NCBI GenBank assembly: GCA_050251055.1
Contig: JBFWNL010000007.1
Location: forward strand, 1-64,000
Source of the DNA: Bacteriovoracia bacterium
Lineage (GTDB): Bacteria > Bdellovibrionota > UBA1018 > JBFWNL01
Reading direction: 5' to 3'
DNA: 64,000 bases
The notes beneath the pieces were generated by a model. The model was not told where the DNA came from, made no database searches, and saw only the letters and a program-made list of their open reading frames with translations. Below are positions 57,310 through 64,000 of this stretch, piece by piece; positions within the stretch are counted from its first letter, which is position 1, and each line of letters opens with the position of its first letter. Made by a program: the position numbers and the translations under genes.

Positions 57310-58452
57310 ATGGTCCTAAGCATGACGGCATTGGTGAAGAACCCTACGGGCGATGGGCAGCCGAGCTGGGTCGCGGAACTTCAGCGGGCGCTGGCGCGCT
57401 TCCCGGGGTTCGAGTCCGTGATCTCTTTCCAGGCCGATCAACCTGGCCAAGTAATTTTTGTCGATGCAAAGTTACCGGACCTGGCCGATGTTCTCGCGCG
57501 TCTGGATCGGCGCGGTCGCGCGGTTTTCTTGGTGGTGGGCGACGTCGAAACCGTTCCTGCCGAATGGGTGGCGGGGCAGGTGGACGACGTACTGGTATAT
57601 CCGTTTCGCGACCTCGAGGTTTTGGGCAAGCTCAAGCATTTCCAGCGGATCTTGATGTGGGACGAAGTGGAGCAGATTAACCGCTCTTTCACCGACCTGG
57701 TGGAAAGCCTGCGCGGCGACCTTCAGCTCGCCGAACGACTGCAGAAGAAGAAGTTTCCTACTCGCTTCGCTAACCTGAAGGGGTTTTCGGTGAAGAGCCG
57801 CTATCTGGCGGGTGGCCGTTCCGGCGGCGATTATTTCGATTTATCGGAGGCTAGCCCAGGCGGACCCCTAAGTTTCGTGCTCACGGATTCGTCGACTTAC
57901 GGCCTGTCGAGCGCCGTGCTTTCCGTGCTGATGAGCACGGCCGTGAAACTCGGTGCCGGCGAGAACCGCTCCTGCGCCGAGACCGTGCGCCGTATTCATG
58001 AGCACCTGGCCGCGACTCTAGGCCCGAAGGATCAGCTCTCGCTCGCGTACGGCACTATTCAGCGGAAGGACCTTTCATTGAGCTTGCTGTGCCTAGGCAG
58101 CGTGGGCGTGTTTCACTCGGCGAACGGAACCGCCTTCACGCGCGTGCCCGCCCAGGCGGCGGCGCTTTCCCAGACGAATGTTTTTAAGGTGACGGAAGAT
58201 TATCGGGTGAATTTGAAACCCCTGGACCGCATCGTACTTTTCTCCGACGGTTTTATCGAAGGAGTCGGCGGCGAGCAAAAAGCCCTGGGGATGCTCAATA
58301 CGTTCCGTAAAAAGGAATCGACCGAGCTGTTGAATGAGTTTCTATTTAAAATAAAGAGTGGGCTCGAATCGTCCGACGACCTGCCCGAACAGGATTGCAC
58401 CGGAGTCGTGCTCGACGTTGAGAGCAACGTCTTGAGCCTGGCCCGGGGTTAA
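57310..58452 (+). CDS. SpoIIE/RsbU-type PP2C phosphatase with degenerate receiver domain
   Basis: AERLQ, SGGDYFD, TDSS.YG, FSDGF.E, QDCT. Confidence 0.85.
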   Translation: MVLSMTALVKNPTGDGQPSWVAELQRALARFPGFESVISFQADQPGQVIFVDAKLPDLADVLARLDRRGRAVFLVVGDVETVPAEWVAGQVDDVLVYPFRDLEVLGKLKHFQRILMWDEVEQINRSFTDLVESLRGDLQLAERLQKKKFPTRFANLKGFSVKSRYLAGGRSGGDYFDLSEASPGGPLSFVLTDSSTYGLSSAVLSVLMSTAVKLGAGENRSCAETVRRIHEHLAATLGPKDQLSLAYGTIQRKDLSLSLLCLGSVGVFHSANGTAFTRVPAQAAALSQTNVFKVTEDYRVNLKPLDRIVLFSDGFIEGVGGEQKALGMLNTFRKKESTELLNEFLFKIKSGLESSDDLPEQDCTGVVLDVESNVLSLARG

Positions 58453-58514
58453 GCCAACGCGAGACGCGAGTTGGTCTTGAGCAGCTTCTTGATAAACTCT
58501 CTCAGCTTTTTCAT
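58449..58514 (-). CDS. Putative 21-aa micropeptide MKKLREFIKKLLKTNSRLALA
   Basis: AAAAGGA RBS-like sequence before ATG; stop overlaps the convergent PP2C stop in TTAA. Confidence 0.45.
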   Translation of the reverse strand: MKKLREFIKKLLKTNSRLALA

Positions 58515-58793
58515 TAGTTCCTTTTCTAGCGAACAACCGACTAAAAATCAACGGTTTCATTCGAGCTCCTACTGACGCTACGGGTTAAGTCGCTACTCGG
58601 AAATCAAATGGGATTTTGGGGGTGGAGGGGTAGTCAGATGACCCGACCGACCCCTCCGAGCAGATGATGAACACGTTATACACGAGACCCCTCATGACTA
58701 CGAATGAGTAGTTCTGGGGTGAGTTCATCAGAAAAACTGATGATAACTAATGCCGAGCTTTCGCGGGGTTACGTCCCGGGGAGACGGTAGCGG

Positions 58794-59954
58794 CTAGCCC
58801 AGGGCCTGCGCTAGGTCCGCTTTGAGGTCGGCTAGGTCCTCGATGCCCACGCTGATCCGCACGAGGTTATCGAGGATTCCAAGCTTTTTGCGATTCTCGG
58901 CCGGGACGCTCGCATGGGTCATGATCGCCGGGTGTTCGATCAACGATTCCACGCCGCCTAAGCTCTCGGCTAAGGTGAAAATCTTCACCTTTTCTAAAAA
59001 TGCCCGCGCCTCTGGGAGGCCGCCTTTGATCAAGAACGTGATCATCCCGCCGAAGCCCGACATCTGTTCGCGAGCAAGCTGGTGTTGGGGGTGCGAGGTT
59101 AGGCCCGGGTAGATCACGCGCTCGACTTTGGCGTGGCTTTCCAGGTACTTCGCTATTTCCATCGCGTTCTGGGCGTGGCGCTCCATGCGGACGTGCAGCG
59201 TTTTCAGCCCGCGCATCACGAGGAAGCAGTCCTGCGGTCCGGGTACGGCCCCGATTGCTAACTGCAAGAATTTGAGGCGATCATGTACCGACGAGTCGTT
59301 GGTAATGAGCACGCCGCCGATCACGTCGCTGTGGCCGTTCATGTACTTGGTTACGCTGTGCATGACGATGTCGGCGCCCAGCGCGAGCGGTTTCTGGAAG
59401 TACGGACTCATGAAGGTGTTATCGACTACGCAAAGCGCGCCCTTTTTCCGGCCAAGTTCGCACAGCGCCCGGAGGTCGAGCAGCTTGAGCATGGGGTTGG
59501 TGGGGCTTTCCATCCACAAAAGCTTGGTGCTCGGCTTGAACGCGGCCTCGGCTTTTTTCAAGTCCGAGAGATCGGCCAGCGTAAATTCGATCCCCAGGTG
59601 CTTGAACACCTTATCGAAGATGCGGAAGGTCCCACCGTAGACGTCATCGCAAAGCACGACGTGGTCGCCGGCCTTTAGGAGATGGATCACGGCATCGATC
59701 GCGCCCAGGCCCGATGAATAAGCGAGTCCGAACTTACCGCCCTCGAGCGCGGCCACGCAGTCTTGGTAGGCTTTGCGCGTCGGATTGTCGGCGCGCGAAT
59801 AGTCATAGCCCTGGTGCTCGCCCGGCGACTTCTGGGCGTAAGTGCTGGTTTGGTAGATCGGGGTCATCACCGCGCCGGTGACCGGGCAGGGGGGCTGTCC
59901 TGCGTGAATGGCAAGTGTGCCGAATCCCAGTTTTTCCAATTTTTCGCTCTTCAT
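58794..59954 (-). CDS. Cystathionine gamma-lyase/synthase
   Basis: YQTSTY, YSRADNPT, ESPTNP, DNTF, HSVTKYMNGHSD, AESLGGVESL. Confidence 0.96.
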   Translation of the reverse strand: MKSEKLEKLGFGTLAIHAGQPPCPVTGAVMTPIYQTSTYAQKSPGEHQGYDYSRADNPTRKAYQDCVAALEGGKFGLAYSSGLGAIDAVIHLLKAGDHVVLCDDVYGGTFRIFDKVFKHLGIEFTLADLSDLKKAEAAFKPSTKLLWMESPTNPMLKLLDLRALCELGRKKGALCVVDNTFMSPYFQKPLALGADIVMHSVTKYMNGHSDVIGGVLITNDSSVHDRLKFLQLAIGAVPGPQDCFLVMRGLKTLHVRMERHAQNAMEIAKYLESHAKVERVIYPGLTSHPQHQLAREQMSGFGGMITFLIKGGLPEARAFLEKVKIFTLAESLGGVESLIEHPAIMTHASVPAENRKKLGILDNLVRISVGIEDLADLKADLAQALG

Positions 59955-61378
59955 TTGCGGCTGCTCAAATAGGTAACGAGGTCGATCTTGGTCAGGATCG
60001 CGATCAGCTGGTTCGATTTGTTTGGATCCGTCACGAGCGGCGTCTTGCCCGCCGTCACGAGCTGCGAAATACGCTCGACGCTGTCGGTGGGCTTCACGAA
60101 CTCGATCGAGGATTCCATGAGCGTCTCGACGTTGTCGTTGCTCTTGGCCTTGCCGCTATAGAGCGCACGCAGCAGATTCCCCTCGGTGACGATGCCCTTG
60201 ATCCAGCCGTCTCCGTCGGAGATGGGGAGCTGGCTGATGCCCTTGTCCTTCATCATCTGGACAATGGCCGAAACTTTATCCGTGGGTTTTCCCATCACGA
60301 TGGAGCCCCCCGCCGCCGGCTGGCCGGCCGGCAATGCCACGCGGAGGATGTCGGCCACCGTGCCGAGCGAGGGCGCATCGAGAAAGCCCGCTTCGCGCAT
60401 CCAATCGTCATTATACAGCTTCGACAGGTAACGGTTGCCGCTGTCCGGCAGGATGACGAGCACGTTCTTGCCCTTCATCTTTTCGCCCTGAGCCTGAACC
60501 CACTTCAAAGCGCCCACCACGGCCGAGCCGCTGGAGATCCCCGAGTAGATGCCCTCCTTGAGTAGCAGCTCGCGCGCCATCAGGAAGGATTCCTTGTCTT
60601 CCACCTGGACCATGTCGTGCACGACCGAAAGGTCGTAATTCTTAGGGATGAAATCTTCGCCGATACCTTCGATCTTGTACGAGAACGCCGGCGTCATCTT
60701 GCCGGTTTTGAAATAATTGTAAACGAGCGATCCGACCGGATCGACGGCGACTACTTTGGCTTTCGATTTCGCGTCCCGGAAATGCATTCCGATCCCGCAC
60801 ACGGTGCCGCCGGTGCCGATGCCGGCCACCATATAATCGAGATCCGGCATTTGGCGCAGGATCTCCGGGCCAGTGGTATTCAGGTGGCAGTCGCGGTTCG
60901 CGAGGTTGTCGTACTGATTGACGTAGATCGCGTTCGGGGTTTCTTTCGCGAGCCGGCGCGAGACTTGATAATAGCTACGGGGGTCTTCGAATTCCACGTC
61001 CGTCGGCGTGACCACGACCTTTGCGCCGAACGCGCGCAGGGCGCGGATTTTTTCTTCCGACATTTTGTCGGGCAGCACGAATACGCACTGGTATCCTTTA
61101 ATCGCGGACGCGATGGCCAGGCCCACGCCCGTGTTACCGCTGGTGCCTTCAACGATGGTGCCGCCGGGTTTCAGCACGCCGCGCTTTTCGGCGTCTTCGA
61201 TGAGCCAGTAGCCGATGCGGTCTTTGATAGATCCGCCGGGATTCATGTATTCCAATTTCGCGTACACGTTCGCGACGCAGCCCTTGGCGACCTTATTGAG
61301 CTTCACGATCGGAGTATTGCCGATCGTCTGAATGATGTTGTCGAACACGCTTTTTTGCACCGCGCTTTTTTCTAACAT
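59951..61378 (-). CDS. cbs: Cystathionine beta-synthase with CBS domains
   Basis: KLEYMNPGGSIKDRI, TSGNTG, GIGTGGT, EGIG, YLSKLYNDDWM, C-terminal CBS pair. Confidence 0.93.
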   Translation of the reverse strand: MLEKSAVQKSVFDNIIQTIGNTPIVKLNKVAKGCVANVYAKLEYMNPGGSIKDRIGYWLIEDAEKRGVLKPGGTIVEGTSGNTGVGLAIASAIKGYQCVFVLPDKMSEEKIRALRAFGAKVVVTPTDVEFEDPRSYYQVSRRLAKETPNAIYVNQYDNLANRDCHLNTTGPEILRQMPDLDYMVAGIGTGGTVCGIGMHFRDAKSKAKVVAVDPVGSLVYNYFKTGKMTPAFSYKIEGIGEDFIPKNYDLSVVHDMVQVEDKESFLMARELLLKEGIYSGISSGSAVVGALKWVQAQGEKMKGKNVLVILPDSGNRYLSKLYNDDWMREAGFLDAPSLGTVADILRVALPAGQPAAGGSIVMGKPTDKVSAIVQMMKDKGISQLPISDGDGWIKGIVTEGNLLRALYSGKAKSNDNVETLMESSIEFVKPTDSVERISQLVTAGKTPLVTDPNKSNQLIAILTKIDLVTYLSSRK

Positions 61379-61501
61379 GCGCCGACTATCGCTGATTTGG
61401 TACTTCAGGACAAGGAGGCATTCGGACCTTGACCGTTACGGATTCTTTGGCATATTGAACTGGATAAAAACAGACGGTTAAAGGGGAAGGGGATTTTGGG
61501 A

Positions 61502-62038
61502 ATGAAGCTTATTTTAGCGATGGTCATTGGTATCCTTTGTGCCGTGACGCTTCAAGCTTGGGGCGCCGAGATACCGGCTACCTCCCTGGTCTCTGCAGAT
61601 TCCTTATCCAATATTCACTCCGGCAACTGGAACGTGGGAGGGTCGATCGATTTCGCGAAGAATTCTGGTCGCCGCAACGATTCCTCAGAATTCAACACGG
61701 TGTTTACCGCGAAGTACTTTCTTGTCGATCGCTTCGCATTGGGGTTGGCGGGCGGGGTGGACGTAGAAACCGGTGAAGATACGGTTGCGACGGTCGGTCC
61801 GGCGGTAAGCTACGTGTTTTGGACCAACGAGAAGTTAGCCGCTTCTATAGGTTCGTCGATACGCGTCGGACTCACCGACGCCACCGTTAGCTCGGTCGTG
61901 GGCTTTGATTTGGGTTTCAACTATTTCATTACGCCATCGGTCGCACTTGGACCATCGCTGTTCTACAACCATTATAACTCCCGTTCTCGTGACTATTCCC
62001 GTTACGGGATGTCGATGGGGCTGGGGATTTACCTCTAA
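61502..62038 (+). CDS. Small outer-membrane beta-barrel
   Basis: Signal peptide; KYFLVDRFALG, NYFITPSVALG, GLGIYL. Confidence 0.8.
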   Translation: MKLILAMVIGILCAVTLQAWGAEIPATSLVSADSLSNIHSGNWNVGGSIDFAKNSGRRNDSSEFNTVFTAKYFLVDRFALGLAGGVDVETGEDTVATVGPAVSYVFWTNEKLAASIGSSIRVGLTDATVSSVVGFDLGFNYFITPSVALGPSLFYNHYNSRSRDYSRYGMSMGLGIYL

Positions 62039-62042
62039 AGTT

Positions 62043-63122
62043 TCACAGCGGGGTCACGGTCCGCACCGTGAACAGCGATTTAATTTGAGCAGAAGTCGAG
62101 ATCGTTCCCTGGGACGTCAATTTCGGGGGATCTGAACTCAAGAGAAAAAGCTCCAGCCCCGAACCCGATCCATCCGCGGCCATGACCCATTGTTCGGTGG
62201 GATCCACCACCAAGGCGCCTGCCTGGGCGAGCGCTGAGTCCACGATACTTGTTCCGATATAGACGCGGGAGACCCCGGTTTCGGCCCGTGAATAAACGTA
62301 ACTCGATAGGGAGGAAACCCAAACGGGGCCATAAAACTCGCCCGCCGCGGAAGACGTGAAGGTCCGACCTTGGCCGGCCGAGGTGAGCGTGGCGTTCGCG
62401 GCGTCTAAAGTCATCGTGTCGAAGAACTTACCGAGTACACCGGAAAAATATTCGCCGGCCACCGCGAATTCGCTGCGATCCGGATTGAAGCCGACGGCGA
62501 CGGGTAAGGTCGCCACGGCGAGGGTGGGGTAAATGGTGAATGGCGATCCGGCGACCGTTTCGAAGCTGCGGCTCGTGTCGTTCCATTGGTAAGTGACCAG
62601 GTGTCCGGTTCCATAACGTACGACGGTTAAGATACCCGCGCTCGGAGCCAAGGCGGCGGGGTGCCGGCGGCCGGGGTTGATCGTGAAGCCAAGGGCTTTG
62701 GTTCCCAGGTGGGCGAGGATTCCCGAACCCGAGTCGAGTGAATAGACGGCGAAAGCGGTGTTACAGATTTGAATGAGTAGATCCCGAACTGGATCGACGA
62801 TCAGCTGCAGGGTCGGGGTACAGGCCATGGGAACGGATGCGGTGGCGGTTTCCTCCATCGAGAACACGTTGCGAGTATCCCGGTATCGGTAGGTTTCGAA
62901 CGAGGTCGGGCGTTGCAGCACCAAAAAATCCCCCAAGGCGGTGCCAAAATTAAATATCTCGCTGATCGAGCCCGCGGACTGAGTGGTGAGCTGGCCCGTG
63001 GTGGGGTTCCACTCGTGCAGTTCGGCGCCTGCCGAGCTAACGAGGGCAAGGTAGGTTTTTTGCCGGACCGGGAACTTGAAATTCGCGCTGCATTGGGAAA
63101 GCGCGGGCGCGAGCAGAAGCAA
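62043..63122 (-). CDS. Beta-propeller lipoprotein (lactonase-like)
   Basis: LSQC lipobox-like; repeated VDP/FNP blade motifs and GSPF; true start may be slightly upstream. Confidence 0.6.
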   Translation of the reverse strand: MLLLAPALSQCSANFKFPVRQKTYLALVSSAGAELHEWNPTTGQLTTQSAGSISEIFNFGTALGDFLVLQRPTSFETYRYRDTRNVFSMEETATASVPMACTPTLQLIVDPVRDLLIQICNTAFAVYSLDSGSGILAHLGTKALGFTINPGRRHPAALAPSAGILTVVRYGTGHLVTYQWNDTSRSFETVAGSPFTIYPTLAVATLPVAVGFNPDRSEFAVAGEYFSGVLGKFFDTMTLDAANATLTSAGQGRTFTSSAAGEFYGPVWVSSLSSYVYSRAETGVSRVYIGTSIVDSALAQAGALVVDPTEQWVMAADGSGSGLELFLLSSDPPKLTSQGTISTSAQIKSLFTVRTVTPL

Positions 63123-63151
63123 GCAAGCGAACTGTAAGAAGCGAGAGATCC

Positions 63152-64000
63152 TCAGGCTAAACCCGCCTTACCCCCGCGGGCTTGGGCAACCTCGAGTCCG
63201 GCGGCCAAGGCGGAGAGGCGGGCAATCGAGCCGTACACGAGCTGCATATGGCACTTAGGAAGGCCTTCGGCTTTGCCGACCGTACTTTCCGGTAGGTACT
63301 TCTCGAGATCCTGCATGCAAAGCTTGCGGAAGATCATGCCGGCGGAGTTTAGATTGTCCTCGCTGCCGCGTTCCGTGTTCATGCGGATAAACCCCCCGAG
63401 CAGATCGCAGCCCATCAGATAGACCACGGGTTCGGCGGCGTTGTTATCCAGGCTCAGGGCGGTGGGAATTCCCTCTTGTACGACCAGGCTATCTACGCGG
63501 GATCGGTTCTTGCCTACGCTCATCTTGTTCTTTTCCCGGCGGTTCAGGCGATTCAGCTCGTCGGCGGAGCGCACGACCATGATGCCCATTCCGTAGGTGC
63601 CCATGTTGTTCTTGATAAACGCGAACGGCTCGCCCTTCACTTCGTACTTGGCGTAAGCCTGCCGCGCCCGGGAGAGAACGCCTTCGACGGCTTTTACCAC
63701 GCGGTCGGTTCCTTCGCCCTCGTTGAGATTCACGTCCAAGACCACTTCCGTGTCGACTTGGATCAGCCAGGGATCGATGTCGACGAGGCCGGCGAACTCC
63801 GCGGCTAGTTCATTGTAGAAGCGGAAGTGATCGCTCTTCTTGCGAGAATGCCAGCCGAGCGCGTGGGTGGGCTGGATCGGCTGCTTCACCTCGTCCAGAG
63901 GTTGGGGATACCCCCCGGAAAAGTCGTTATTCAGAACCACGAAGTCCGGTGTGAAGCCGCCCGCGGAAAGCACGCCGTCTTGGATCTCGATTGGGAAAGC
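63152..64000 (-). CDS. gshA: Glutamate--cysteine ligase (GshA family), 5'-truncated by window edge
   Basis: LNNDFSGG, GWHSRKKSDHF, IDPWLI, GTYGMGIM, KMSVGK, VQEG, AEPVVY, NLNSAG. Confidence 0.93.
   Translation of the reverse strand, partial: AFPIEIQDGVLSAGGFTPDFVVLNNDFSGGYPQPLDEVKQPIQPTHALGWHSRKKSDHFRFYNELAAEFAGLVDIDPWLIQVDTEVVLDVNLNEGEGTDRVVKAVEGVLSRARQAYAKYEVKGEPFAFIKNNMGTYGMGIMVVRSADELNRLNRREKNKMSVGKNRSRVDSLVVQEGIPTALSLDNNAAEPVVYLMGCDLLGGFIRMNTERGSEDNLNSAGMIFRKLCMQDLEKYLPESTVGKAEGLPKCHMQLVYGSIARLSALAAGLEVAQARGGKAGLA

Noticed and set aside
32038-58558. IHF-like WWTCAA-N4-TTR boxes at ~32038, 44967, 56041 and 58546
   Set aside because: Degenerate matches in AT-rich intergenic DNA; too weak to call individually
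58449-58790. Possible tmRNA, because the small ORF ends in LALA
   Set aside because: No tRNA-like acceptor/T-arm or CCA end; the ORF has its own ATG and RBS and abuts a CDS

Overview
High-GC bacterial chromosome segment, densely coding. The gene families (TIGR02147-like regulator, many orphan lipoproteins, secreted hydrolases, HDOD/HD-GYP/STAS signalling genes, Cys-capped beta-helix lipoprotein) suggest a Bdellovibrionota/Oligoflexia-type organism; this is inference only. Housekeeping content: plsC (partial), system II cytochrome c maturation ccsB/ccsA, mscL, thyA-folA, TetR-TolC-RND, alkA-like glycosylase, ArsR-feoAB, exbBD, KamA-family radical SAM, CBS plus cystathionine gamma-lyase/synthase, gshA (partial). 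A lower-GC integrative-element remnant (truncated P4/D5 primase-helicase, excisionase, tyrosine integrase) abuts the 3' end of tRNA-Ser(CGA) and is fused into a MepA-like gene. Best candidates for undescribed biology: a tightly coupled four-gene exported heme/Tat operon (32199-36521), a ~200-270 nt rod-like inverted repeat with plus-strand G-U pairing (23052-23321), a structured intergenic region with an unannotated 21-aa amphipathic micropeptide (58449-58790), and feoAB behind an SmtB/CzrA-type metal-excess sensor. No CRISPR array or rRNA was seen. All calls come from reading motifs by eye; no database search was run.
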